Below, piece after piece: positions 45,224-56,345 of a DNA stretch of 64,000 nucleotides. Position 1 is the stretch's first letter. Every line of letters starts with the position of its first letter. The position numbers and the translations under genes are program-made. Location of the stretch: positions 736,001-800,000 of the forward strand of contig CAWDSK010000005.1 of the NCBI GenBank assembly GCA_963804995.1, in the 5' to 3' direction. Below the pieces are notes generated by a model. The model saw nothing but the letters and a program-made list of their open reading frames with translations, did not search any database and was not told the origin of the DNA. This DNA comes from an uncultured Acidobacteriota bacterium. GTDB lineage: Bacteria; Acidobacteriota; Terriglobia; UBA7540.

Positions 45224-46192
45224 TCAAAACCCGTAGAGCCGGGCCGGGTTGTCCACAAGAATCCTTTTGCGGACCGCCGGGTCGGGCGCCCAAACCACGA
45301 GTTGGTTGAGAAGGCGCCCGTCGTCGATTTGGAACACCGGCGTCACGTCGGTTGCCTTGCCGCCGGGAGGGGGATGGGGGTTGGGATGAGGCCAGTCTGT
45401 GCCCCAAAGAACGCGATCAGCATTGGCCGCGATCAGGGCCCTTGCGAATGGCGCCACATCCGCATAATCCGGCGCCTGCTTCGACGAGCGATACGCGGCG
45501 GAGATTTTCACGTAAGCCTTGCCTGAGCGGACGAGTTCGACCAGGTCCGCGAACCCCGGCTGCTCAAGTCCCAGTCCCGCCTGCGCCCCACCAAAATGAT
45601 CGAACACTACGGGAACCGGTGAGTCCCGAACCTCCTCCTTGATGCCTGAGACGACGGCCAAAGTCCCATAGATTTGGACATGCCATTGACGGCTCTTCAT
45701 GCGGTCGGCGGCCATCCGGAACTGCCGTCGAGCGACAACGGTGTCAAGCTGGTGGGAGGTGACGAGGTTAAGGCGGATGCCTCGTATCCCCGCCGCAGCC
45801 ATCGCGTCGAGATCGCTTTCCCGCGTCTTATCGTCTATGACCGCCACGCCACGGGCTTGCGCACCGCGCGCCTTCATGCCGAACAGCGTGGTTGAGTTGT
45901 CCGGCCCGTAGACACTCGGCGTCACGATCACGACCCGGTCAATATGCAAGGCTCGATGGAGCGCTGACATCTCCTCCGGTAACGCCATCTCCTCGGGTGT
46001 ATAGACACGGCCCGGCCAGTAAGGGAACTGGCGAGGGTCGCCGAAAATGTGCGTGTGGGAGTCGCAGGCGTTTGCCGGGACGTCAAACTTCACCGCCGTA
46101 GCCGGCTGGGACGCCTTCGCGAAGCTTGCCCGGCCGCCGCCCAAAGCTCCTGCCGCCAAAGCTCCGATCAACGCCTCGCGTCTGGTTAGCAT
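45224..46192 (-). CDS. Amidohydrolase family protein (LigI/lactonase-like) with Tat signal
   Basis: TRREAL; CDSHTH, DHFG, WGTDWPH, DNPARLYGF. Confidence 0.88.
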   Translation of the reverse strand: MLTRREALIGALAAGALGGGRASFAKASQPATAVKFDVPANACDSHTHIFGDPRQFPYWPGRVYTPEEMALPEEMSALHRALHIDRVVIVTPSVYGPDNSTTLFGMKARGAQARGVAVIDDKTRESDLDAMAAAGIRGIRLNLVTSHQLDTVVARRQFRMAADRMKSRQWHVQIYGTLAVVSGIKEEVRDSPVPVVFDHFGGAQAGLGLEQPGFADLVELVRSGKAYVKISAAYRSSKQAPDYADVAPFARALIAANADRVLWGTDWPHPNPHPPPGGKATDVTPVFQIDDGRLLNQLVVWAPDPAVRKRILVDNPARLYGF

Positions 46193-46227
46193 GATTTCCT
46201 CCGGTGCGAAATCCCCTGGGAAGCGGC

Positions 46228-47667
46228 CTAATGCCGTTGCATATAGACCGTGTGTGTTTGCATGAATTCATAGAGGCCGTGTTTGCCATCCGCGCCACCG
46301 ATCCCACTCTTACGCCAGCCGGCGTGGAACCCCTGCATCGCTTCAAAGTTCTCACGGTTGACATAAGTCTCACCGAAGCGCAGCTCCTGACACGCTTTCA
46401 GCGCGACGTTGATGTCTCGAGTGTAGATCGACGAGGTAAGTCCATAATCGGAATCGTTGGCGTAGGTAATGGCCTCATCAAGATCATTGAACTTCACAAT
46501 GGGCACCACCGGACCGAATATCTCGCGATGGATGATTTCCATGTCTTGACGGCAATCGCTCAAGACCGTCGGTTCGTAGTAATATCCGCCCTCACCAGGA
46601 GCGCGCTTGCCGCCCGTCGCGACAGTGGCGCCCGCTTGGACGGCGCCGCGGACGAGGGTGTCGACCTTGCGGTACCCGGCTTCGTTGATGAGCGGTCCAT
46701 AATCAACGGTCTCGTCGACCAGCGGATTTCCAAAGCGCGTTCGCTTCATGGCGGCGGTAAGTTTATCTACAAACTGATCGGCAACACTGCTCTGCACGTA
46801 GACTCGTTCGGCGCAGTTGCAGACCTGGCCGCTATTGATGACCCGGGAAGCTTTGATTGCTTCCACGGCCTGATTGATGTCGGCATCGGCCATAACCAGG
46901 GCGGGCGCCTTTCCCCCCAATTCCAGATTCACCTTTGTAATGTTGGGCGCGGCTGCTGCCATGATTGCCGAACCTGTCTCCACGCTGCCCGTGAAGCTGA
47001 CCAGGCCAAGGCGTGGTGAACCGGCAAGGGCCTTACCCACGGAAGGGCCACGGCCGTGGACAACATTGAAAACTCCGGCGGGCAAGTCGGTCTGCGCCAC
47101 CATCTCGCAGAACTTTACCGCATTATGAGGAGTCTCCTCGCTGGGCTTGACCACGATGCTGTTACCCGTCACGAGGGCGGGAGCAGCCTTGCGCGCGATG
47201 AGGAAGAAAGGGAAATTCCAGGGAAGAATGCCGCCGACCACGCCAATCGGATGACGGAAGAGGAATATCGTCTCGCCTTGCCGGTCGCTCTCCAGGATTT
47301 CGCCCTCAATGCGCCGCGCCCACTCCGCCGTGTAATCGAGATAGTCGGCGGTAAAGTTTACTTCGACGCGCGCCAGTGAGAGCGGTTTACCCTGCTCTTC
47401 CGTAATGATGTGGGCGAGCGATTCGACATTCTGGCGAATCCTTTCGGCAATAGCACGGAGGGCCTTTGCACGTGCAATGGCCGGACGCTTTGCCCAGTTT
47501 CGTTGGGCCGTCTCGGCGGCCGAAACCGCCGTCTCAACATCCGCGCCAGCACTTTCGGGGACAGTGCAAATGAGTTCGCCGGTGGAGGGATTGCGTACCT
47601 CTACGCGATCAGTCCCGGCCGAAGGAACGAACTTACCGTTAATGAAATTATCGTAGTCTGGCATCAT
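46228..47667 (-). CDS. aldA: Aldehyde dehydrogenase A (lactaldehyde/glycolaldehyde type)
   Basis: PWNFPFFLIARK, LELGGKAP, GQVCNCAER, ENFEAMQGFHAGWRKSG. Confidence 0.88.
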   Translation of the reverse strand: MMPDYDNFINGKFVPSAGTDRVEVRNPSTGELICTVPESAGADVETAVSAAETAQRNWAKRPAIARAKALRAIAERIRQNVESLAHIITEEQGKPLSLARVEVNFTADYLDYTAEWARRIEGEILESDRQGETIFLFRHPIGVVGGILPWNFPFFLIARKAAPALVTGNSIVVKPSEETPHNAVKFCEMVAQTDLPAGVFNVVHGRGPSVGKALAGSPRLGLVSFTGSVETGSAIMAAAAPNITKVNLELGGKAPALVMADADINQAVEAIKASRVINSGQVCNCAERVYVQSSVADQFVDKLTAAMKRTRFGNPLVDETVDYGPLINEAGYRKVDTLVRGAVQAGATVATGGKRAPGEGGYYYEPTVLSDCRQDMEIIHREIFGPVVPIVKFNDLDEAITYANDSDYGLTSSIYTRDINVALKACQELRFGETYVNRENFEAMQGFHAGWRKSGIGGADGKHGLYEFMQTHTVYMQRH

Positions 47668-47746
47668 GCTCTCCTTAAGATCAGAATCCAATTCGTTTCA
47701 ATCTCTGTATGTACTTTGCAGGCCGAAGAATCTATTCCAAAGGCCG

Positions 47747-49492
47747 TCAGGGCTTTACACGCACAACATGCAACAGCCAATCTTTATAGTGGGGAAATTT
47801 CGGAAACTCCTCGTCCGCGTGGAACTCCCGCAGCGCGCCGCCCGGAACCGTCCCGCTACTCCGTTCCTTTCCCTCGGCCAGATCGATCCAGGTATATCGA
47901 AATGTGTCGCTCTCCGCGGAGGGCCGCAGGTCCACGTTCACCTTGCCTCCCCACCTGAGATAAGCGACGTATTCCTGTCCCGGGACGGCGGCGCAGAACT
48001 TGGGATTGTAGTCAGACAGCAGCTCCGGATGCGGCTCCAGGGTCCACCACTTAATGCTCCTTAAGAAATGCGCCAGGAAGCTCATAGAGACCGCGCCCGG
48101 GTAGTCGAGCGTATCGTTTTCGTAGCCCGCCTCATGCGGCCAGGGGTCCTGCTTGGCTGGCGCTTCCGGCACGTCGGCCCACCACACGTGACCACCTCCG
48201 TAAGTGTGCCCCGCCGCGCCGGAGAGCAACGCGGACCACGCTCCGAAGCGGATATCCTACGCGGCCGGATTGCCCCGCGTGAACTCGTACCAGGGCTCCG
48301 TCACCACGATGGGCTTGGCGGGTGTGCGGGCATAGTCCGCAGCGACCACCAGCGGAATCAGCTCATTCGCCCACTTGTCATGGCCCACCTGGCTTTGGTT
48401 GTAATCGAGCCACGGTTCGTTGTGGAGCACCGCGCCGGTCGACCACTGTGGGGCCTCTATGCCACCCCGCCAACTGGGAGGCGTGGGGTGCGCTCCGATG
48501 ATGCGCTGATAGGGGTCCTCGCGGCGGATCATGGCGCCCAGTTCTTTCCAGAACGGCAGGCCCATACCGCCGTAGTTGTTCATGTTGTATTCGCCCGCCA
48601 GCACCCAGATGACATTGTACGCCCCCAGCCGGTGGATGACGTAACGCCACCAGCGGCGGACTTTCTCCGGTCCGGCAGTCTCGTTTAGGCCCTTGCGGCT
48701 CCACCAGGCGTGAATCCAGACGGTAATGCCCTTGCTGTTGGCATAGGCGATGAACTGTTCGACCTGGCGGATCTGCTCGAGGTCAGGGGCCTCGTGCTTC
48801 ACATCCAGCAGCCACCCTTGCCCTGAGAAGTACATCTGGCCGACGGAGAAACCCTTCGCCGCACGGTCGTCGGCCAGCTTCTTGAAGCTGGAAAACAAGA
48901 TGCCCTTCTTCGACCAGGCCCACCACGTGTCGCCGACCCACAAGAATGGCGTGCCGTCGGCATATTCGAAATAGCGGCCGGGCCGGGGGCCGCCTTGGGC
49001 CACGTGCACGAATCCATGCCGAGAGGGATTAGCCTCGAGCCCGGCAGCCGTCCACGGCGTCGCGCGGAGCGTGCCCTTTACGCCGTCGAGTCCAGCGTCG
49101 GTCGAGGCGCTGACATAGGACCACTCCCCCGGGGCTGGCGGCGCAAAGCGGACCTTCCAGGTCTGGCCTCCATCCCAGAAACCGGCGAGGGTGTAGCGCC
49201 GTCCTTGCGCTTCGCCACTCATCCCGGAAAAGGTGACCCGCACCAGTGGCGGGCCATTCGGGGGAAGGCCATCGACATAGGCATTGGCGTACGCGTTGCG
49301 GGCGGTCAGGCTAATTTCGAAGACTTCCCACTGGCCCACCGTCTGCTCCGCGGCCGGAGCAGCCGCCAGTGAGAATCGGGCAGCAAGCAGCGAGAATAGA
49401 AGCGCCAAAAACACTTTCCGAATTTGCCGAGCAGAAGCCTGCGATTTCAGGGTTTGGAAAAATCCGTAAAATGACGAGCGCTGGATGGCCAT
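47747..49492 (-). pseudogene. Secreted DUF5060/DUF4038 (apiosidase-like) glycoside hydrolase with an in-frame TAG at 48257-48259
   Basis: GFWDGGQTWKVRF, ADGTPFLWVGDTWW, AGEY, EPWYE; the frame continues *DIRFGAWSALLSGAAGHTYG. Confidence 0.8.
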
Positions 49493-49807
49493 ATTCCGAA
49501 CCTCCATGAGAGCAGCTCTTACCAAACGGCCGTCGCCTTAGTCCGAATGCGAGAAGAGAATACCCCAAAAGGGAAGCGTCTGCCTTCCCAGAATTTGCGC
49601 CCGTGCGTGGCAGATTCATGTACGCGCCGGTTGGCCATCGGCTGTAGACTGTGCAGGCGCCACACCGGCTGCGGGTCGGCTTGCAGCCGGCGAAGCGACG
49701 GCGCTTCTGTGATTACCAGACCAGGCTCTGGCATGCAAAGGTGGACTTTACCAAAGCATCGAGCCTGGAGACATGCTGGTTCAGGATTTAAGGTTGCGGA
49801 GATTAAT

Positions 49808-52192
49808 ATGCCGAAAAAATTGACAACTGGTATTTTGCTCATCGCGAGTATGTTCTGTGCATCCCTCCTTTTTGCAAAAGAGCCCGGCAGGACATATTCC
49901 CTACAAAATAAATTTGGCATTTCTGTTTCGGTTGAACCGGATGCAGGTCGTTATGACGTGAGATACAACGGGCAATCCTGGTTTGGCCCAGGGATCGTGA
50001 GCGTCCTGGCGAACAAGCGCTGGTACCGAAGTCGCGATGTGAATTTCCCGGAAGCCGCTGCTTACGGTCAGCCCTCGGGCAGGCTGACTCTCGAAGACGC
50101 CAAGAGTGCTTCCGGAACGGATCGCTGGGGAGAGTACGGAACTGTTGATTTGAGCTGGGGAGTGCCTGGCTCGGAGATAGTCCTGGGGACTGAATTCCGG
50201 CTCTATCGTGAGCATCCTTTTTTGGTATTCGTTCAAAAATTCCCCAAGGGCTTCAAGAACTACGCCAGCGGGAACTGGATCATTCCCTCGGTGGCCTTCC
50301 CGCAATTCCTGACGATGTTTGATGATCGAAATGATCTTTATTCCTGGACCAGCGGCGGGATGTTTACCCACCGGTTCAGTTATGGAGCGGCCTCCAGCCT
50401 GGGAGGGACGGTCGATCTATTGCTGCTGACCGACAGAGACTACTCCACGGCCATTCTTTCGCCTTTTGCCAATTATCTGGTGGCCACACAACAGAGCCAG
50501 CCGGCGGCCTCGCGGGATGAGACGAATCCGAACAAGCTGGCCATCAGTTGTGGCATCGAAGGATTGGTGGAAGAGATTCCCGCTGGATTCGAGCATGCTC
50601 ATCTTCTCGTGGTGGGCCAGGGAGTCGGGAAGACGTTTCAATCGTGGGGCGAGGCGCTGCTGGAGCGGGCGAGTAAAAAGATTCCGTCCAAATACGAAGG
50701 CGAGACCCTGAAGTACCCCGTGTATTGGGATGACTACGGCGCCTACTATCGCGAGCATGGTTTCAAGGAAGAAGGATATAAGTCATACGAGGACATCGTC
50801 CTGGGAATAGCTGAGGACGCCAAGAAACACGGGTTGCGGTTCGGCGCCTACGCGGTTCAAGACGAGGACCAATTACACGACCATGAGGGGTTATTTGAGC
50901 CCAGGGATGACTTCTTTCCGCATGGTCTCGCCTGGCTGCGTGAAAAGCTGGGCGTCCCGCTTGAGGCTTATTACTGTTGGTTGGCTCCCAAGGGGCCGTA
51001 TCCAAATGAATATCCCCATTTCACCACTCCGTCCGGTCGGACACCCGGCGACGGCATGGGAGATGTCTATTACTCGCTCGACTATTGGAAGCATACAGCC
51101 GATAAGGTGGCTTCCTGGGGAGACATCTTGCTTCAGCACGATTACCTGAGTGTCTACGAAGGTGATCCGGTGATGATGGCTGGCATCAATCGCATGGACA
51201 CTTACTTCAAGAACATGGCCAAGGCTCTGCAGGCCAAGGGCCTCACCATGCAGTACTGTATGCAACTTCCGCGCAACATTATGGAATCGACCGAAAACCC
51301 GATAGTGGTGTCGGTCCAGGGTTCTTGGGATCACCATATTCCCACCCCCGGACAGGACAACGATCCCTATGTCTGGAAACACTTGATTTTCGCCAGTGCA
51401 TTTTATGGGGCGGTGGGGATTTGGCCCTCGCGGGATAACATTCAGACCATGGCCGATGCCAATGCTTTCGAGGACGTGCTGCTGGCCAACTTGCTGGGGG
51501 GCGAAATCCAATTAGGCCACAGGATTGGGGAGTGCAATTTCGGCCTGGTGCGCAAAACCTACCGGGAAGGCGATGGCCTGGTCCTGAAAGCCGACCGCCC
51601 CATCATGCCCCTGGACCGGTGTTATTTAGAGGGTTGCGCGGTGGGTTACACAACCTCGCAGCGGAACGGTCAGACGTGGTTCTATGTGCTGAGTCTTCCC
51701 AGGGCAGGCTATCTCGGCGCCTTCAGCATCTCGGACCTGGGGCCAGGGGGGCGCTGGATGGTCTACAACTTTGATACCGGCCAGGGGTCGATCGTGGATT
51801 CGTCGACGCCGATCCCCCTGCGGCGGGAAGCCAAGCACGAATACTTTGTGGTTGCGCCGCTGCTGGCGAATGGCATGGCGATAATCGGGGATACGGAGAA
51901 GTTTGTGACGATGGGGGAAATGCGGGTGGCCTCGGTGGAAGCGACAGGGGATGGCGTACGGGTAGGGGTGATATCGAACCAGGAATGGAATCCAGTGACG
52001 GTGGGCTATGCGGAGACGCGACCAGCGGGAGTGGAAGCAGGGAACACGAAGCTGGAGGAAGTGGTGAGCCGGGATCAACTGAAGGGGGCAAAGGCGGGGT
52101 GGTTCTGGGATCATCAGACGAAGCTCTGGTATGTGAAGGTGGATTTTGCCGGAGCTGCCAACATGGAAACCCGGTTTTTCAGCATCCGTTGA
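49808..52192 (+). CDS. Large secreted protein, putative glycoside hydrolase
   Basis: Signal peptide MPKKLTTGILLIAS…; YWDDYGAYY, QHDYL and MQYCM motifs; lies among GH genes. Confidence 0.6.
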   Translation: MPKKLTTGILLIASMFCASLLFAKEPGRTYSLQNKFGISVSVEPDAGRYDVRYNGQSWFGPGIVSVLANKRWYRSRDVNFPEAAAYGQPSGRLTLEDAKSASGTDRWGEYGTVDLSWGVPGSEIVLGTEFRLYREHPFLVFVQKFPKGFKNYASGNWIIPSVAFPQFLTMFDDRNDLYSWTSGGMFTHRFSYGAASSLGGTVDLLLLTDRDYSTAILSPFANYLVATQQSQPAASRDETNPNKLAISCGIEGLVEEIPAGFEHAHLLVVGQGVGKTFQSWGEALLERASKKIPSKYEGETLKYPVYWDDYGAYYREHGFKEEGYKSYEDIVLGIAEDAKKHGLRFGAYAVQDEDQLHDHEGLFEPRDDFFPHGLAWLREKLGVPLEAYYCWLAPKGPYPNEYPHFTTPSGRTPGDGMGDVYYSLDYWKHTADKVASWGDILLQHDYLSVYEGDPVMMAGINRMDTYFKNMAKALQAKGLTMQYCMQLPRNIMESTENPIVVSVQGSWDHHIPTPGQDNDPYVWKHLIFASAFYGAVGIWPSRDNIQTMADANAFEDVLLANLLGGEIQLGHRIGECNFGLVRKTYREGDGLVLKADRPIMPLDRCYLEGCAVGYTTSQRNGQTWFYVLSLPRAGYLGAFSISDLGPGGRWMVYNFDTGQGSIVDSSTPIPLRREAKHEYFVVAPLLANGMAIIGDTEKFVTMGEMRVASVEATGDGVRVGVISNQEWNPVTVGYAETRPAGVEAGNTKLEEVVSRDQLKGAKAGWFWDHQTKLWYVKVDFAGAANMETRFFSIR

Positions 52193-52286
52193 TATCTTTG
52201 CCCAATGCTGCGGAGGCGGAGATTGGCCTCCAGAGAAGCAAAACTCGATCGAGAAGGGAAGGAGATCCCATTCGGGAGGGAGTGTC

Positions 52287-53831
52287 ATGAGACTATCCAG
52301 AGGTGTTCATTTCTTTGTTCTATCCTTGATATGCGCATTGATGATCGTGACTTCGTGCTCAAGAAAAGAAACTGCTTCAAAGCCGGAACCGGAAAAAGCC
52401 CAGGTCCAGGTCAACTGGGAGAAGGTGGTTACGGTTTCGAAGACCGTGCCCTCGCTGCAAGTGGTCGTCAACCCTCCCTTGCGCCGGGGCTCGAAGATTC
52501 ACGATCGTGTCTTCCAGGCTTTGCACGACCTGGGGGCCGACTACGTTCGTTACGTGCCGTGGCTGCCCTATCCCAAGCTGGGAGTTGCCGAGCTCGAACC
52601 GCCCCAGGACGGGAAGACTTCCTGGGACTTTTCGCTTATTGATCCCATGACGGAAGACTTTCTGAACGCGACGGCGGGGCACTCGGTGATTCTCAACTTC
52701 AGCACGATTCCCGAGTGGATGTTCAAGACGGAGAAGCCGGTGCCGTATCCCGCCGACCCGGACCAGCCGGTTTGGAATTACCAACAAGGAACGGAGGCGC
52801 GCGACCCCACCTTTAAGGAAGTCGCGGACTACTACGCGCGGCTGGTGAGTTGGTACACCGCAGGCGGATTCACGGATGAATACGGCAAGCGCCACGAGTC
52901 CGGTCATCACTACAAAATCGACTATTGGGAAATCTTGAACGAAGTGGACTCCGAGCACTCCATGACGCCGGAGACTTACACGCGCTTGTACGACGCGGTG
53001 GTGGCCGCGCTTCACCACGTCCAGCCGCAAATGAAGTTCGTCGCCATGGCCCTGTCGTTTCCGTCCCTGGCGCCCCGGTATTTTGAATACTTCCTCAATC
53101 CCAAGAACCACAAGCCGGGGACTCCGTTGGACATGATCTCCTACCATTTCTACGCGACACCGGAACCTGACGAGACCCCCGAAATCGAGCCCTACGTGTT
53201 CTTCGAACAGGCGGACCAGTTCATTACCACCGTACGATATATCGAAACGATCCGGCAGCGTCTCTCTCCTCACACGCGCACGACTGTGGATGAGATTGGC
53301 TCCATTGACTCGAGCGACTTCGCCCAGAAGCTCCCGGGCTACGTCTTTAAGGATCTACCCCAGGCTTACTGGAATCTGAGCGGCGCGACTTTCGCCTACG
53401 TCTATGCAGAGCTCGCCCGGCTGGGAATCGACGTGGCCGGCCAATCTCAAATGGTGGGGTATCCGACCCAGTTTCCCAGCGTGTCCTTGGTGGATTGGAA
53501 TACCGGGCAACCCAATACTCGTTACTGGGTATTGAAACTGTTGCATGACAACTTGGGCCCCGGGGATAAGCTGATGGACACTACCTCCAATCTTCCCTAT
53601 GTCTACGCCTATGGTTTCGTGACGCGCGACGGCAAACACAAACTGTTGCTCATCAACAAGCGCAACCGCAGCTTTGAGGTTTCGATTCCCGGCGGCGCCG
53701 GCGCGGCGATCGCCTACGTTGATCAGACCACTGGTTTCAACCCCCCCGGCGTGGCGCACCTGAACGGCGACCAGACGACTCTCGGAGGACTGGCGGTGGC
53801 CGTCGTGACACTTTCCGGAGAAAATAAATGA
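52287..53831 (+). CDS. GH39-like glycoside hydrolase lipoprotein
   Basis: Lipobox VTSC; YWEILNE acid/base, ISYHFY, VDEIG nucleophile. Confidence 0.8.
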   Translation: MRLSRGVHFFVLSLICALMIVTSCSRKETASKPEPEKAQVQVNWEKVVTVSKTVPSLQVVVNPPLRRGSKIHDRVFQALHDLGADYVRYVPWLPYPKLGVAELEPPQDGKTSWDFSLIDPMTEDFLNATAGHSVILNFSTIPEWMFKTEKPVPYPADPDQPVWNYQQGTEARDPTFKEVADYYARLVSWYTAGGFTDEYGKRHESGHHYKIDYWEILNEVDSEHSMTPETYTRLYDAVVAALHHVQPQMKFVAMALSFPSLAPRYFEYFLNPKNHKPGTPLDMISYHFYATPEPDETPEIEPYVFFEQADQFITTVRYIETIRQRLSPHTRTTVDEIGSIDSSDFAQKLPGYVFKDLPQAYWNLSGATFAYVYAELARLGIDVAGQSQMVGYPTQFPSVSLVDWNTGQPNTRYWVLKLLHDNLGPGDKLMDTTSNLPYVYAYGFVTRDGKHKLLLINKRNRSFEVSIPGGAGAAIAYVDQTTGFNPPGVAHLNGDQTTLGGLAVAVVTLSGENK

Positions 53832-55210
53832 TCAACTCACGTCGCCGCTTCCTGTTGAGTGGAGGAGCCACCACACTTGTCTTGGCCACTCAATGCCTCC
53901 GGGCTCGTTCGTCCCTTCCAGAATCAAGTAACCCGGACTTGCCCCAAGGCAATCCAATCGTGACGGGAAGAGGCTTATGCGATCCCCATGTGCGGATCTT
54001 TGGTGAGCAGGCTTACCTTTACGCGACGCATGATGCGGTACCCGGGAGCAGGGACTTTATTATGAATGATTGGTGGGTTTGGCGCTCCCCTGATCTCGTG
54101 CATTGGGAGCAGGTGAGCACCCTCAAGCCCGAAGACACCTACTGGCGCAAACCGTCACCCGAGTGCTGGGCGACGGACGCGATCAGCCGCAACGGAAAAT
54201 ACTATTTCTACTTTTCACGCGGCCCCGAAGAAATAGGAGTTGTGGAAGGCAACACGCCTGCCGGTCCCTGGAGGGACCCCTTGGGCAAACCTCTCATCGC
54301 CAAAGGATCCACTCCCACCCTGGCTCGCGATCCCGGGATCTTCCAGGAAAAAGATGGCACAAGCTACATCGTCTTCGGCTGCTGGGATTACTACCTGGCG
54401 CGGCTGAATGATGACATGATCTCGTTGGCCGAAACCCCACGCCTGATACGCCTGGACCGCAAGATGGGCCCGTACGGTCCGGGAAAGCTTGACAACAAGC
54501 CTTACCTGCACAAGCGGAATGGTATTTATTATCTGTCCTGGGGTTGTTATTACGCGATGTCTGACCGCCTTTACGGACCCTACGTTTACAAAGACTCGGT
54601 GCTGAAGAGTAATCGTACCGCCCCGGAGTTCCGCAAAAGACTGACCTTCGACCGGCACGGATCGTTCTTTGAATTCAAGAATCAATGGTATTTCATCTGC
54701 AATGATCAGGATTGGCCCGGCACGTCGGAGTTCTATCGCGACTCGGTCATCAGCTACGTTCATTACCGAAACAACGGAGAAATTGAGACTGTAGATCTGA
54801 ATCGTCTGGGGGTGGGAAGGTACGATGCGAGGGAACCACACATCGAGGCTGCTAACTACTTCAGTGGCGCCGGCGTCACCGTAAGGGAATGTCTTCCCAG
54901 TGGTTATGAGGTGCGTGACATCCAGGATGGTAGCAGTCTTGTGTATTCGAATCTAAGCAATATCCCTCCCCAGGCTTCGTTGTTACTGCAATACGCCTCC
55001 GGAAATCCGGGCGGGGCAACCGTTGAGATCCGTGACGGCCGAAAGAGCAACCAACTCCTCGGCAGTTGCAAAGCTCCCTTCACCGGAGGATGGGAGTCTT
55101 ATCAATCCGCAGTTTGTCGGCTGACGAGTGGGGCGAACGAGGTGGACTTGTGCCTCACCTTTCGAGGCGGCAAGGGCGAACTTCTCCGCCTCAAATGGCT
55201 TAGCTTCTAG
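53828..55210 (+). CDS. GH43 glycoside hydrolase + CBM6, Tat signal
   Basis: SRRRFL; CDPH, WATD, RDPG; C-terminal IEAANY…TGGW. Confidence 0.85.
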   Translation: MINSRRRFLLSGGATTLVLATQCLRARSSLPESSNPDLPQGNPIVTGRGLCDPHVRIFGEQAYLYATHDAVPGSRDFIMNDWWVWRSPDLVHWEQVSTLKPEDTYWRKPSPECWATDAISRNGKYYFYFSRGPEEIGVVEGNTPAGPWRDPLGKPLIAKGSTPTLARDPGIFQEKDGTSYIVFGCWDYYLARLNDDMISLAETPRLIRLDRKMGPYGPGKLDNKPYLHKRNGIYYLSWGCYYAMSDRLYGPYVYKDSVLKSNRTAPEFRKRLTFDRHGSFFEFKNQWYFICNDQDWPGTSEFYRDSVISYVHYRNNGEIETVDLNRLGVGRYDAREPHIEAANYFSGAGVTVRECLPSGYEVRDIQDGSSLVYSNLSNIPPQASLLLQYASGNPGGATVEIRDGRKSNQLLGSCKAPFTGGWESYQSAVCRLTSGANEVDLCLTFRGGKGELLRLKWLSF

Positions 55211-55264
55211 TGTTCTATAACAGAGGTTCGCTCACCGAGTCTCTGACATGCGGAGGCCGTTCCG

Positions 55265-55720
55265 TGCCCTGTCAGGGGCGTAAGATCGTAGCCCAGGGCG
55301 CAAGCCCATAAGCGTTAATCTAACCCCTCCGAGGGGAGAGGGTGGACCGCAGCCGGCGTACTCATCAGCCGGGGCGGGACGGGTGAGGGGTTACTTCGTC
55401 AGCTTCGCATCGCCGAAGGCCAGACCATTCAGCGCCAACCCACTGGAGATTCGCAACCAGCCTACGCCTAGAACTCGCAAGTAATCGTATTTTTCGCCGC
55501 GTCTTTTCGTACTTGAACAGGCTGCCAGTGGATACTGCTGAATTGCCCGCCAGAACTAACCCCTCACCCGTCGTGCTCCGGCTGGTGAAAGCGCCGGCAG
55601 CCCGCCACCCTCTCCCCTCGGAGAGGGCTATGAATTCAAGTCCCTCTCTCCTCCACATAAATTCAAATTAACTCTCCCCTCGGTTGCCGCGGCGACAGAG
55701 GGGCCGGGGATGAGGGGGTT
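55265..55720. repeat. Cluster of REP-like palindromes
   Basis: gccctgtcaggggc…agcccagggc and several ccctctcccc/gggtgagggg elements like those at 24967-25147. Confidence 0.7.
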
Positions 55721-55767
55721 CTCTAATAATCAGAGAGCTTTGTTGACCTGCGCTGAATTTCCTCTCT

Positions 55768-55950
55768 TCACTGCTTGATAATGGTTCCGTCGAGGCGGCG
55801 AATTTCCCTCCCACCCCCCGTTGTATTGTTTTTGCTCCGGCCCCTCATCCGTGCCATAGGGGAATCTTGCGGCCAACTTCTCATCTACTTCAATGCCGTG
55901 GCCGGGGGCTTCGTTGACATACCAGTAGCCGTCCTTTATTTTCGGACAGC
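55768..55950 (-). pseudogene. C-terminal remnant of an enolase-superfamily sugar-acid dehydratase (RspA/ManD-like)
   Basis: CPKIKDGYWYVNEAPGHGIEVDEKLAARFP…, then frameshifted EIRRLDGTIIKQ*. Confidence 0.7.
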
Positions 55951-55952
55951 AC

Positions 55953-56345
55953 TTACGTGATAGCGGGGGAAAGGTCCGTATGTGTGAAATCATCGCCCTT
56001 GAACAAAATCGGTTCGCCCATTACCTTCGCCAAGGCATACGCGAAGCAGTCCCCAAAATTCAAACCTGCGGCATGCCGGCCCTTACCATATTTACGCCAT
56101 GCTACGCGCGCAATTTCTATCTGGTCGGAATCCACCGGGACAATTTCGAGTTTTGCACGATGCAGGAAAAGATCAAACTCGCGACCTGCAGCTTCGCCGC
56201 GCCGTGCTTCCAGCACAATACCTGTTTCGAGAACATTGGCTGCAGAGATGTACCGTGTATCCCCCTGGGTTATCAGATCCAAGAACTGCTTTCTCTCTGG
56301 CTCCGCCAAGAAGATGGCGAGTAATGCGGAGGTGTCAACGACCAT
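55953..56345 (-). CDS. vapC: PIN-domain toxin VapC
   Basis: MVVDTSALLAI…GKGRHAAGLNFGDCFAY…LFKGDDF. Confidence 0.93.
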   Translation of the reverse strand: MVVDTSALLAIFLAEPERKQFLDLITQGDTRYISAANVLETGIVLEARRGEAAGREFDLFLHRAKLEIVPVDSDQIEIARVAWRKYGKGRHAAGLNFGDCFAYALAKVMGEPILFKGDDFTHTDLSPAIT

